Assembly (NCBI GenBank): GCA_963737995.1
Contig: CAVTUV010000011.1
Span: 13,684 to 77,683, forward strand
Length of the DNA: 64,000 bases
Direction: 5' to 3'
Source: an uncultured Verrucomicrobiae bacterium
Lineage (GTDB): Bacteria > Verrucomicrobiota > Verrucomicrobiia > Chthoniobacterales > UBA10450
The position numbers and the translations under genes were made by a program. The notes under the pieces are model-generated. The model was not told the DNA's origin. It saw nothing but the letters and a program-made list of their open reading frames with translations, and searched no databases. Each line of letters starts with the position of its first letter. Within the stretch, counting starts at the first letter, position 1. This document shows, piece by piece, positions 1-10,503 of this stretch.

Positions 1-46
1 AAGCCTGACGAACGCGCGCGGCCCAACGGAGCCACTCTTTCTTTCT

Positions 47-168
47 TGTCATCCCGAGCCGCCTCGACTGCGAGGGACTCTCCAATTGCAATCTGCGGGT
101 TCTCGTTAGGGAAAACGTCCCTTGCCATGGCGAGCTCCTTCGCTGCGTTTTGCCGTATCAGGACGACA
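47..168. repeat. Intergenic inverted-repeat element, GTCATCC(C/T)GAGC...GCTCAGGATGAC family, copy 1 (diverged arms)
   Basis: Left arm TGTCATCCCGAGCCGCCTCGACTGCGAGGGACTC (47-80) pairs imperfectly with right arm GAGCTCCTTCGCTGCG...TATCAGGACGACA (132-168). Same termini and inner ATTGCAAT box as the copies at 3521, 26497 and 34384. Confidence 0.6.
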
Positions 169-226
169 AAATTGGAGGCAACTCGCCCTTGCTTGACCCT
201 GTCGCTGCAACACGGAAACTGCGTCG

Positions 227-1050
227 ATGGATCCAACTCCCGCGCCGCTCATCCCGCAGGATGGCTGGCATTGCCTGCATCTCTTTTACCGGATCGAGTA
301 CGGCCAATGGCAACTGCTCAACCCGACCGAGCAGCGCACAGCGAAGATCGCCCTCTCCACTCTGGTGCAGGAAACGCGCGCGCTCCCCTCGACGCAGCTG
401 CTCACCCTCAGCCAGGTGACGCCGAAAGCGGATCTCGGTTTCATGCTCATCACCCCGGATTTGCACGCCGCGAACCGGATCGAGAAACAGCTCACCCTGT
501 CGTTAGGCGCAGATGTCCTCGTGCCGGTTTACAGCTATCTTTCCCTCACCGAGGAGAGCGAATACACCACCAGCGACGAGCAATACGCGCAGACCCTTGC
601 GACCGAGCAGAAGCTCAAGCCTGCCACCCCGGAGTTCGAGGCCGCGATGCAGGATTTCCGCGAGCGGATGAAAAAATACCGGCAGGACCGGGTTTACCCG
701 ACGCTGCCCGATTGGCCGGTCGTTTGTTTCTACAACATGACCAAACGCCGCGGCGAAGAACACAACTGGTATTCCCTGCCCTTCGAAGAACGCCGCGACG
801 CTGATGGGCGGACACGCGCGCGTTGGCCGCCAATACGCCGGGAAAGTGAAACAGCTCATCACCGGCTCGACCGGTCTCGACGATGCCGAATGGGGCGTGA
901 CGCTTTTCGCGCACGACACCTTTCAGATCAAAGCGATCGTTTACCAGATGCGCTTCGACGAGGTGAGCGCGGCCTACGCCGACTTCGGCGAATTTTACAT
1001 TGGCATTCAGCTGCCCGCTCGACGAACTGTTCCGCCGCCTGCAGTTGTAG
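227..1050 (+). CDS. Chlorite dismutase-family haem protein (HemQ/ChdC-like coproheme decarboxylase); frame broken twice
   Basis: ORFs 227..1123 and 804..1148 join as ...[11 protein letters not shown] / [39 protein letters not shown]...[11 protein letters not shown] / [10 protein letters not shown]. One extra base near 799-800 and one in the CCC run 1014-1016. Corrected stop TAG 1048-1050. Confidence 0.75.
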
Positions 1051-1125
1051 CGTCGTGCTCGGTGATCGAATCGACCGTCGACGGTCGAGCAGGACGCCGA
1101 CTGCAGAGAAGGAGCGCGAGTAACA

Positions 1126-1210
1126 GGATGGGTGGCAGAGTGGTCTAATGCGCACGCCTGGAAAGCGTGTTTGCCGCAAGGCAACCAGGGTTCGAATCCC
1201 TGCCCATCCG
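1126..1210 (+). tRNA. tRNA-Ser (anticodon GGA)
   Basis: Cloverleaf read by eye. Acceptor GGATGGG/CCCATCC, anticodon stem CACGC/GCGTG with loop CTGGAAA (GGA), long variable arm TTTGCCGCAAGGCAA, T-arm CAGGG-TTCGAAT-CCCTG. CCA is not encoded. Confidence 0.85.
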
Positions 1211-1403
1211 CCGGGGCGCATTTTCGCCCCTTGGATTCCGCCCCCGCCAAACTCGATCGGCGCGACAGGGTGAAAGGGAAAAGGCGCGAAAGCCCCGATC
1301 TCCGCGGCTCGATTGCGCTCGACAAGTGAATCTGGAGGCGCGCAAGACTTTCACTGAGGCGCATCAACTCTCGAGCCCGCTCTCGTTCGGTACTGGTTAG
1401 GGC

Positions 1404-2075
1404 CTAACGACGACTCAGGATCTGGGTGGTTTGCCGCACCTTGACGATGCTGTCGCCGGCAGGACCCCCGAAAATTTGTCCCCGGATAAATGATGCAGTC
1501 GCGCCCGATGATCGAGCCGGGATTGATCACGGCGTTGCAGCCGATCTCCGTGCGATCGCCGACGATCGCGCCGAATTTCCTCAGACCGGTCGCGATCATT
1601 CCATCGGTCGCGAGCACGGAGATCTCGGCGTGATCGAGCTTCACGTTGGAAAGATCACGCCCGCGCCGAGATGCGCTTTGTAGCCGAGAATCGAATCGCC
1701 GACGTAGCTGAAATGCGGAATCTGCGCGTCGTCGAAAATGATGCAGTTCTTGAACTCGCAGGAGTTCCCCATGACCACGCCGTTGCCGACAATGACGTTT
1801 TCGCGCACGTAGCAGCCGCTGCGGATGTGGCAATTTTCGCCGATCCAGGCCGGGCCTTTCAGCATCGCGCCTTGTTCGACAATCGTGCCGCTGCCGATAA
1901 AAACGGAGTCGCTGATGAACGGCTTGCCGACCAACTCGCCGAGAACCGCCGGCTTGAGCCGAAACTGCAGATAGCTCGGGATCTGCTTGAGCGCGTCCCA
2001 GACGTATTTGTCCGTCTCGAAAAGTTTCGAATGCGCGGTGTGCTCGAGCTCGAAAAATTCGGAGGCGCTAAACAT
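1404..2075 (-). CDS. Hexapeptide-repeat (left-handed beta-helix) acyl/nucleotidyl-transferase family protein; frame broken
   Basis: ORFs 1641..2075 and 1351..1833 join as ...VIVGNGVVMGNSCEFKNCIIFDDAQIPHFSYVGDSILGYKAHLGAGVI / LSNVKLDHAEISV...GAIVGDRTEIGCNAVINPGSIIGRDCIIYPGTNFRG. Breaks near 1665 and in the C5 run 1465-1469. The corrected frame stops at TAG 1404-1406, but the 3' end is uncertain. Confidence 0.6.
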
Positions 2076-2093
2076 ATCGTTAGGTAACTCCGT

Positions 2094-3510
2094 CTAGGCG
2101 CCGGCGCGCCGCGTGACGAGCTGTCCGTCCTTCGTGTCGCGCACATCCCAGCCCCGCGCTTGCAGCGCGTCGCGCAATTCATCACTTTTTTGCCAGTCTC
2201 TGTCAATCCGCGCCTGCGCTCGTTCCTCCGCCATGCGCACGATTTCCTCGGACGGTTTCGCTTCCCCCGCCTCCAGCGCGAGGACGCTGGTTGATCCGTT
2301 CCCACCATTTCAACCAGGCGAGCGCGCGCGCCGAATCGATCCCGCCATCCAGCTCGCGGTTGCTCTCGCGGATCTGCTCGAACAGATGGCCGAGCGCCGC
2401 GGAGATGTTGAGATCGTCATCGAGCGCCTCGGCAAACTTGTCGTCTTCGATCGCGATCGGCGCGTGCCGTTGCAAATTTCCCGCTCGCGCCGCTTCCCAG
2501 AGCCGGCGCAGCCATTCGTCGATCCGGGCGAGCGCCTGGCGCGCTTCTTCCAAGCCTTCCCAGGTGAAATTGAGCGGCGCGCGATAATGCACCCGGAGGA
2601 GCGCGTAACGAATTTCCCGGCCGCTGTAGCCTTTCGTCGAGCAGATCGCGCAGCGTATAAAAATTGCCTAACGACTTCGACATCTTCTGTCCGTCGACGA
2701 GGAGATGCGCGCAATGCAGCCAGTAGCGCACGAATGGCGCTCGCCGCTGCAGCCTTCCGATTGCGCGATCTCCGCTTCGTGATGCGGGAAAATATTGTCC
2801 ACCCCGCCGCAATGAATATCGATCTGTTCGCCTAACAATGACGTCGCCATCGCGCTGCACTCGATGTGCCAGCCGGGCCGGCCGCGTCCCCACGGGCTCT
2901 CCCACGCGACCTCGCCATCCTCTTCGTCCCACGCTTTCCAGAGCGCGAAATCGCCGACGTGTTCCTTGTCGTATTCGTCGCTTTTCACCCGGCCGGTCGA
3001 GCGCAATTCCGCGAGATCGAAATGCGCGAGGTGTCCGTAGTTCGGGAAGCGGTTGATCCGAAAATAAACCGACTTGTCTTCCGCCTGATAGGCGAGCTCG
3101 CGCTCGATCAAGGTCGCGATCATCGCGATCATCGCCTGGATGTAACGCTCCTCCGTCGCCGCGGGAAAAGCGTTGGCCGGCTTGATCTGGAGCGTGTCCA
3201 GATCCTCGAAAAACGCTTCCTTGAACGGCGCGGTGAATTCGCGCAGCGGAAGATTTGCCGCCCGGCTGCCGCGGATCGTCTTGTCATCCACGTCGGTCAG
3301 ATTCATCACCCGCTGCACCGTGAAGCCGCGCAGCTTCGAGATGCCGCTGCAGCAAATCCTCGAAAACGTAGGCGCGAAAATTTCCGATGTGCGCGCGGCT
3401 GTAAACCGTCGGGCCGCAGGTGTACATCTTCACCTCGCGCCCGGCTCGGATCGAGCGGGCGGAATTCTTCCAGCTCGCGCGAGTAGGTATTAAAAAATCG
3501 CAATCGCCAT
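2094..3510 (-). CDS. cysS: Cysteine--tRNA ligase; at least 4 one-base frame breaks
   Basis: ORF pieces 3306..3689, 2668..3318, 2417..2932 and 2203..2592 carry CysRS hallmarks in the right order: [66 protein letters not shown]-terminal tail ends ...[19 protein letters not shown]...* at TAG 2094-2096. The start is ATG 3508-3510 if one T of the T6 run is spurious, otherwise TTG 3503. Confidence 0.85.
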
Positions 3511-3520
3511 CTTCCTATTT

Positions 3521-3644
3521 TGTCATCCTGATCCGCCGCAGGACGGCGAAGGACCTCCCACGGGAATCTGCGTTTTCTGATGACAGGAAGGCGCGCATTG
3601 CAATTGTGAGATCCTTCTCCGCGCTGCGCCGGCTCAGGATGACA
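3521..3644. repeat. Intergenic inverted-repeat element, GTCATCCTGA... family, copy 2
   Basis: TGTCATCCTGATCCGCCGCAGGACGGCGAAGGACCTC ... GAGATCCTTCTCCGCGCTGCGCCGGCTCAGGATGACA, with ATTGCAAT in the loop. Lies between the cysS start and the ispF stop. Confidence 0.75.
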
Positions 3645-3685
3645 AGCCTGGCAACCGTGCGCCTCGTTAGGCTGGACAAGTTCAT

Positions 3686-4166
3686 TCATTCTGCCTCCAC
3701 ACTCGCCACCGCCATCGCCGCCATTCCTTCGCCCCGCCCGATCGCGCCCATGCCTTCATTGGTCGTCGCTTTGATCCCGACCTGCGGTGACCTCGATCCC
3801 CAACGCGGTCGCGATCTTGTTCCCGCATCGCGTCGAGATGCGGGCCGATCTTCGGCGCTTCCGCGATCAGGGTCGCGTCGACATTGGCGACGCGGCAATT
3901 TTTCGCCGCCAGAATTTCCCCGACCCGGCGCAGAATCTCGAGGCTGCTGATGCCGCGAATCGATTCGTCGGTATTCGGAAAATGATGGCCGATGTCGCGC
4001 TCGCCGATCGCGCCTAACAATGCATCGGCGATCGCGTGACTGAAGCACATCGGCGTCGGAATGCCCTTCCAGGCCGCGCTCGTGCGGAATCTCGACCCCG
4101 CCGAGGACGAGCTTGCGGCCGGCTTGCAAAACGATGGGCGTCGTACCCGATTCCGGAGCGATACAT
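3686..4166 (-). CDS. ispF: 2-C-methyl-D-erythritol 2,4-cyclodiphosphate synthase; 2 frame breaks
   Basis: [13 protein letters not shown]..., [64 protein letters not shown], spread over ORFs 3686..4129 and 3682..4740. One extra base near 4040-4044. Confidence 0.85.
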
Positions 4167-4177
4167 CGTTCGTTAGG

Positions 4178-4931
4178 CTAGATTTGCAGATCGAGCAGAC
4201 CATTCGAGGCGACGATGCTGAATTTGTCCGGCGCGATCGCTGCGCGCCTGCATCTCGACTTTGCCGCCGGCGCTTTCCACGAGGAGCCAACCGGCGGCGA
4301 TATCCCAGAGGCTGATCCCCTGTTCGATGTAAGCGTCGAGCCGGCCGCAGGCGACGTAGGCCATGTCGAGCGCGGCGCTGCCTAACATTCGGCATTTGCG
4401 CACCCGATGCACCATCTTCTCGAGCAGCGGAAGCCCGGCCTCGATCGTCGCGCTCGTTTTGGAGAGGCCGACCGAGACGATTGCTTCCGCGAGATCGGCG
4501 CGCGCGCTGACGTGAAATTGCCTTGCCGTTCAAAAGCGGCGGCTGGCCTTTTTCGCCGCTCCAAAGTTCGTCGCGAATCGGATCGTAGATCACGCCGACG
4601 AATGATCTCGCCGCGAAAACGAAGCGCGATCGAGACGCAAAAATGCGGGATGCCGTAGAAGTAATTGACCGTCCCATCGAGCGGATCGACGACCCATTGA
4701 TGATCGCTCGACTGGTCGCCGACGATGCCTTCTTCGCCATAGAGCGCGTGCTCCGGAAAACGCCCTAACAAGATGCTCGGTGATCAGATTCTGCGCGAGA
4801 ACATCGACCTCGAGTTTGATGTCGTGCGCCGGTCGTGGCGTTGACCGTGAGCGGTTTCTGCGAAATGCGCGCGGAGCAGATTCGCCGGCGGCGCGGGCCG
4901 CTTCCTTGGCGGCGTCGAGATAATGCATCAC
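4178..4931 (-). CDS. Inositol monophosphatase family protein (SuhB-like); at least 3 frame breaks
   Basis: HLVRAFPEHALYGEEG, WVVDPLDGTVNYFYGIPHFCVSIAL, GSAALDMAYVACGRLDAYIEQGISLWDIAAGWLLVESAGGKV. The corrected C-terminus is ...FSIVASNGLLDLQI*, stopping at TAG 4178-4180. Confidence 0.8.
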
Positions 4932-4977
4932 GCGCTGAACCTAACCGATTCTCCGAGCTGCCGCGAAATTTTTCCGC

Positions 4978-5013
4978 AAAAAAAACGGGAGGAGAAAATA
5001 AATTCTCCTCCCG
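4978..5013 (-). terminator. Rho-independent terminator (minus strand)
   Basis: 9-bp stem CGGGAGGAG / CTCCTCCCG (4986-4994 / 5005-5013) followed on the minus strand by a T8 run (A8 on the plus strand, 4978-4985). Lies downstream of the small basic-protein gene. Confidence 0.75.
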
Positions 5014-5021
5014 GGTTGAAG

Positions 5022-5169
5022 TTAAGTTGAGGAAGAACGGAAAACTGTCACCGCTCTTCTGTGGATGATCCGGACTAGTGTTTTTTCTTTTTGCCGGTGC
5101 TTTTTTCTTAGTCGCCATTTTTTTCTTGGCGGGTGCCTTTTTCTTGGCGGCCTTTTTCTTCGCTGGCAT
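5022..5169 (-). CDS. Small lysine/alanine-rich basic protein (histone H1-like); 3' end uncertain
   Basis: ATG 5167-5169 is preceded by a G-rich Shine-Dalgarno (AAGGGGGG, 5177-5184). The N-terminus is MPAKKKAAKKKAPAKKKMATKKKAPAKRK. The literal frame runs through the terminator, so a length error in one of the A-runs is likely. Candidate stops are TAG (cactag) or TAA 5022-5024. Confidence 0.5.
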
Positions 5170-5184
5170 AGGGAATCCCCCCTT

Positions 5185-6465
5185 TCAATCCGCAGAAGCG
5201 GTCTGTGAACAGTTTGTGAATAACTTCACTTTCATCGAGTCACTAATCGTCACGTTTTTTTTGTCAAACATTTTTCGCGCGACATCCAAAATTATTTTAA
5301 GCAATGCGCGCGCCAGCTCCGTTTTTTTTTCGCGCGGAAGTTTTTCGCGTCGCGCCGCTTTTGACAAAAATGACGCAGCTCGTTCTCGTCGGAATCCATT
5401 CCGATGTCGGCGCGACTGACATCATTCGCGACCAGGAGGTCGCAATTTTTCTCCGCTTAGCTTGCGTTGCGCGTTCGTTTCCAGCGCTCCGGTTTCCGCG
5501 GCGAAGCCGACCACAAAACAGTCGTGCGGCTGACTCGTTAGGCTGGCGAGAATGTCGCGCGTCGGGACGAGCTCGAGCGAAAAACGAGTGCGCTGCTTTT
5601 TCATTTTCTGCGGCGCGTAATGCGCCGGTTTGTAATCGCAAACCGCCGCGCACATGACGAAGACATCGCAGATCGGCGAATTGCGCTCGCGACGGCGTCG
5701 AACATCTCCTCGCCGCGTCGTGACGCGGACGATTTCCGCGCCGGCGGCGCGTGCGAGCGCGACCGGTCCGGAGATGAGGGTGACTTCGTGTTTTGCCTCC
5801 AGAGCGGCGGCCGCGATGGCGTAGCCCATTTTGCCGGAGGAGCGATTGCTCAGGTAACGCACCGGATCGAGCGGCTCGCGCGTCGGTCCGGCCGTGATGA
5901 GAAATTTCACGCGATCAGATTGTCCTGGCTGGCGAGGAGGAACTCGGCGCGGAAGGCGATCTCATCGACTTTCCACAGGCGGCCGATGCCTTCATAGCCG
6001 CAGGCGAGCATGCCGGCTTCCGGTCCGATGAATTCGACGCCGCGCGCGCCTAACGTCGCCACATTTTCCTTCGTCGCGGGGTGCTCCCACATTTTTCCGT
6101 TCATGGCCGGCGCGAGCAGAATCGGCGCGCGGGTGGCGAGCGCGATCGCGGCCAGCGGATGACCGGCCAGACCGTGCGCGAGCTCGGCGATGATGTGCGC
6201 GGTGGCGGGCGCGATGACGAGCAAGATCGGCGCGGTCGGCCAGCGCGATGTGTCCCGGATGCCAGCTTTGTTTTTCGTCGTAGAAACTGGTCGTGACCGG
6301 ATTCTTGGAGAGCGTCTGCAGAGTCAGCGGGGTGATGAACTCGGTCGCGTCCTTCGTCATCACGACAAAGACGTCGTGTCCTTGCTTGACGAGCAGGCTG
6401 GCCAGTTCGGCCGCTTTGTAGGCGGCGATCGAGCCGGTCACGCCGAGGACGACGCTTCTTTTCAT
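5185..6465 (-). CDS. coaBC: Phosphopantothenoylcysteine decarboxylase / phosphopantothenate--cysteine ligase (fused CoaBC, or adjacent coaC+coaB); frame broken
   Basis: CoaC part: VVLGVTGSIAAYKAAELASLL, LVIAPATAHIIAELAHGLA, APAMNGKMWEHPAT. CoaB part: KFLITAGPTREPLDPVRYLSNRSSGKMGYAIA, CAAVCDYKP, VGFAAETG, LLVANDVSRADIG, KLPREKKTELARALLKIIL. The junction at 5907-5910 reads GTGA. Further breaks near 6221, 5455 and 5370. Confidence 0.8.
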
Positions 6466-6477
6466 TTCGTCTCAAAC

Positions 6478-6556
6478 TGTCATCCTGAGCGAGCGAGGAC
6501 CTCACCTTTCCGTTCACGCTGGGGTATCGTGTCCTTCGCTTCGCTCAGGATGACAA
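6478..6556. repeat. Intergenic inverted-repeat element, GTCATCCTGAGC family, copy 3 (compact)
   Basis: TGTCATCCTGAGCGAGCGAGGAC ... GTCCTTCGCTTCGCTCAGGATGACA, between the coaBC start and the gmk stop. Confidence 0.8.
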
Positions 6557-6567
6557 ATCGTATCTCG

Positions 6568-7183
6568 TTAGGCCAAAACCATCCGGCTGCTCAGATAACG
6601 TTCCGCGCCCATGATGTGGCGAAACTTGAGCAGATCCTCCTCCACCGAACGGCTGATGATGGTGTAGCGATAATCGCGCCAGAGTTCCATCTCCCGCGCC
6701 GCGGTCTGCAGACGCACTTCGATTTGTTCCTCCGTTTCCGTGCCGCGTTTCGTGAGGCGGCGGCGCAATTCCTCGAGATCGGGCGGCATGATGAAAACAT
6801 CGGCCAGCGCCTGGCGAACAAAAGCATCGTCAAAATCGCGGATCGCGGCCGCGCCCTGCGTGTCGATGTCGATCAGGACGTCGACGCCTTCCTGCAGATT
6901 GCTGACGATCGGTTCGCGCAAGGTGCCGTAATATTTTCCGTGCACGTTGGCGTGTTCGAGAAAATCTCCCGGCCGCGACGCGCGCGGCGAGAAAGTCGGC
7001 CTCGGAAAGAAAATGATAATCCTCGCCGTCGATCTCGCCGGCGCGCGGCGGGCGGGTCGTGCAGGAAACCGAGTAGACAAAATCGGGCGTCTGGCGGAGC
7101 GCGTCGCAGAGGGTGGACTTTCCCGCGCCGGAAGGCGCGGAGACGACGAAGAGAATTCCGTAGCGGCTGAATTGCTTACTCAA
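6568..7183 (-). CDS. gmk: Guanylate kinase; one frame break near 6960
   Basis: P-loop [58 protein letters not shown] start 7181-7183 overlaps the yicC stop. The TAA stop 6568-6570 lies inside a GCCTAACGA motif. Confidence 0.85.
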
Positions 7184-8056
7184 GATTTTGGATTTGCTCG
7201 CGAATCTTCTCCACCTCCGACTTGCAGGCCACGACGTGCCGCGAAATTTCCGCGTCGCCCGCTTTCGCGCCTAACGTATTCAATTCGCGCGAAATTTCCT
7301 GGGTGATAAATTCGAGGGTGCGCCCGACCGGCTCGTCTTTGCGCAGGTGATGGGCGAATTGCGCGAGATGGCTTTCGAGCCGGGTCAGCTCTTCGGAAAC
7401 ATCGGAGCGATCGGCAAAAAAGGCGACTTCCTTGAGCAGACGATCGTCGTTAGGCGCAAGCTCGAGCCCGGCCTTGTTGATCCGCTCGAGCAGAGCTGTC
7501 GCGATATTTCTCCGCCACCGCCGGATGCATTTTGCGCACTTCCTTGAGCGATTGGCGGACGACCTTGAGCCGATGAATCAAATCTTTGGCGAGATGTTTT
7601 CCTTCGCGCGTCCGCATTTTGATCAGCTCGTCGAGGGCGACGCCTGAGCGCTTCCTCGAGCGCGGGCCAGAGCTTCGTCGGGCTGCGAGGCCGTCCTCGG
7701 CGAAGCGCATCACGCCCGGCGCCTGCAGGATCATCCCGATGGTGATCTCGCCGGTCGACGCCCAGTTCCTCCTGCAAGGCGCGCATGCCTCGTGATAGGA
7801 ACGGGCCAGCGCGCGTGTCGAGCGCGAGCTTGCGCGCGCTGGCGCGCTCGCGTCGCAGGTCGACGACGACGTTGGTGCGTCCGCGCGTCAAGCGATCGCT
7901 CACCACCTGCCGGACGCGCGGCTCGAGCGCGCTCAGCTCGCGCGGCAGATTGATCACGATCGTCGCTCTGCTTGCGGTTGACCGAATTGACCTCGACGCT
8001 GATTTTCGCGCCGCCGCGCTCGCTTCGCCGCGGCCATAACCGGTCATGCTTCTCAT
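7177..8056 (-). CDS. yicC: YicC-family stress-induced protein; at least 3 frame breaks
   Basis: N-terminus [42 protein letters not shown]-terminal [19 protein letters not shown]...[24 protein letters not shown]...IQNLE*. Confidence 0.8.
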
Positions 8057-8111
8057 CGGGTTGCAGCTTCGAAAGATAGCGCCGGAATAACAAATGGAAA
8101 CGCGCGGCTTG

Positions 8112-10503
8112 TCAGGGAGGGTTGGCTGCGCCGCGACCATGAGTCGGGTCCCGCAGCGGAATGCCCTGCCGATAGAGAGAAAGATCGATCTGCAAAAGCT
8201 GAGCGATCGACGACTGGCCTGCCGCCTCCGCTCGTTGCGCGCCTTCCTGGGCGGCCCTGGTCGCCTCCTGGAATTGTCCGGCCTCCGCATAGGCCGCCGC
8301 GAGCACGCGATAGATCATCAGGTTGCGACCGGCGGAAGTTTGTGAAGCGTGTTGCGCGAGATCGAGGGCGCGACCGCCATCGCGGAGCGCGTCCTCGGGC
8401 GCGGTCGAGAGAATCCAGGCGAGGGTGATTTCGGTGGCGATCCTGTCGGGCTGGAGGCGAAGCGTTTCCCGCCATTCGGCCATGGCGTCCGCAATTCGCC
8501 CTTGCTTGAGGAGGGCGAGCGCGAGGTTGTCGTGCATCTCCGCGTTGCCGGGCGCGATCTGCAATGCCGCCTGCCATTCTGCGATCGCCTCCTTCGTCAG
8601 GCCTTTCTTGAGGAGAGTGATGGCAAGGTTGTTCCGCGCGTCGGCATTTCGCGGATCGAGCCGAATCGTTTCCTGGAACTCCGCCATCGCGGGGTCAAGC
8701 TGACCGCTTCGCTGGAGCGCGATACCGAGGTTGTAATGCATCGCGATGTTGTTCCGATCCGCGTCGCGCGCTTTGCGAAAATACGGGATCGCCGCCGCGG
8801 CCTCGCCTTTTTGCAGCGAGCGCATTGCCGAGACCGGAGGCGGCATCGGAATCGTTAGGCCGGATCCGCAATGCTGCGCGGAATTCGGCGATGCTCAGAG
8901 GGAGCGCGCCCGTCCGGAAAAGCGCTTTGCCGAGGTTGCGACGCGTTTCACTGTCGTTAGGCCGAAAGCGAACCACTTCGCGGAAATGCTCGATCGCTTC
9001 TGGCAGCTCGCCCTTCTGCAAGAGGGCGTTGGCGAGATTGGTCAGGCCATTCGCGTCCCCGGGGCGAATCCGAAGGGCGGCGCGATCATGGGCGATGGCT
9101 TCGTCGAGGCGACCGATTTTTAGCAAAGCCGTTCCCAGACCGCGCTCCGCCACATCGTTCTCCTTCGTCACGGCGAGCGTGTGCCGCCAAAGGGCAACAG
9201 AGCTCGACCAATAATCCACTTGTCGCCATGCGAGTATCATCAATGCGACCACAACCAATGTTGCCGCGGCCATGAGGGGCGGTTGTCGCCGGCGCCAACC
9301 GGTGGTCAGATCAGCGACGCCCCAACTGATCATCAAATAGAGTCCGATTTGCGGCAGATAGGTGTAACGATCGGCGTGCGCCTGCCCTCCCACCTGCACG
9401 AGACCGATGACCGGCACGAGCATGCCGAGATACCAAAGCCAGCCGGTCACCAGATAGGGATAGCTCTTGCGAACTCTGACCGCCGCCACCGTGACCATGA
9501 GCAAGGCGAGCGAGGACGCGCCAGCCAGCCAGAGAGGAAGACTTCCGCGCGGGTGCGGATAAAAGACGGCCAGATCATGTGGCCAGACCATTTGCCGCAG
9601 GTAAACCCAGACGGTGACGAGCGCGTTTTCAATCCGCCATCGGAGTGGCAAATCGGTGACACCCTTGAGCGCGGGCTCCTGGGCAAAAACCGTTGCAACC
9701 GAAATTGCGGCTGTGAGCAGGAGAAGGGGCAGCTTTTCCAGAATCAGCCAGGAGAGCTTGATCGGCCTGCTCCCCTCGCTTTGGTGAGTTTCACCTGGTG
9801 GAGCAGAAGCGAAACGCCCGAGAGGCCAGTAATCCAAAAGTATGAGTAAGAAGGGAAGGGTTACCAGCATCGCCTTTGCGAGGAGACCGAGTGTGAGGGC
9901 GAGAACGACCAGGAGGTATCTACCGAGCGCGGGCGGCTTCCGCGCATAGCGGGAGTAAGCCCAGAGACCGAGGAGGAAGAAAACGCCGCTGAGCACGTCC
10001 TTCCTTTCCGAGATCCAGACGACCGACTCGGCGCGCAAGGGATGAATGGCGAAAAGGGCGGCAACGAATGCACTCCGCCAAAGCGCGCCGGTCATCGTTC
10101 TTAGAACAAGAAAAAGGAGCAGAACCGCCGAGGCGTGCAGAAGCACATTCACGAGATGGTAACCGCCGGCGCGCAGGCCGGACCACTGCGCATCCAGCAT
10201 GAGGGAGATCGAGGTCAGCGGATGCCAGTTGGCAACCAGCGGATGGGTGAAAGCCCTAACGAGTCCCGCCCGGGTCAACCCGTTGCTGATGAAAGGGTTT
10301 TGATAGACATAGAAGCTATCGTCGTAGTTGAAAAAATTGAAGCGGACCGTCCGGCCAAAGACGGCCAGGGTTATCACCACTAAGGCGAAACAGATAGCCG
10401 GAACCAGCCAGCGCGTGCTTCGACGGGGCGGAGGAGTCGGTGGTAGGTTAATTTTGGCCGCGGACCTGTCGCGCCGCCGGCGCTTCCCCGCCTTCTTCTT
10501 CAC
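8112..10503 (-). CDS. Multi-pass membrane GT-C-like protein (PMT_2/TMTC-like) with a long C-terminal TPR array; one frame break near 8818
   Basis: ORFs 8695..10569 and 8112..8846 join at ...GLGNAL / LQKGEAAAAIPYF. About 11 hydrophobic segments follow FFNYDDSFYVYQNPF, then at least 9 TPR units. The likely start is GTG 10501-10503, overlapping the upstream stop as GTGA. Confidence 0.65.

Noticed and set aside
3306-3689. 127-aa ORF spanning the cysS-ispF spacer. ORF 46..804 at the window start is a similar case.
   Set aside because: The upstream part is translated from the GTCATCC-family repeat and the 9-mer. The only conserved part is the cysS N-terminus, which is already accounted for.
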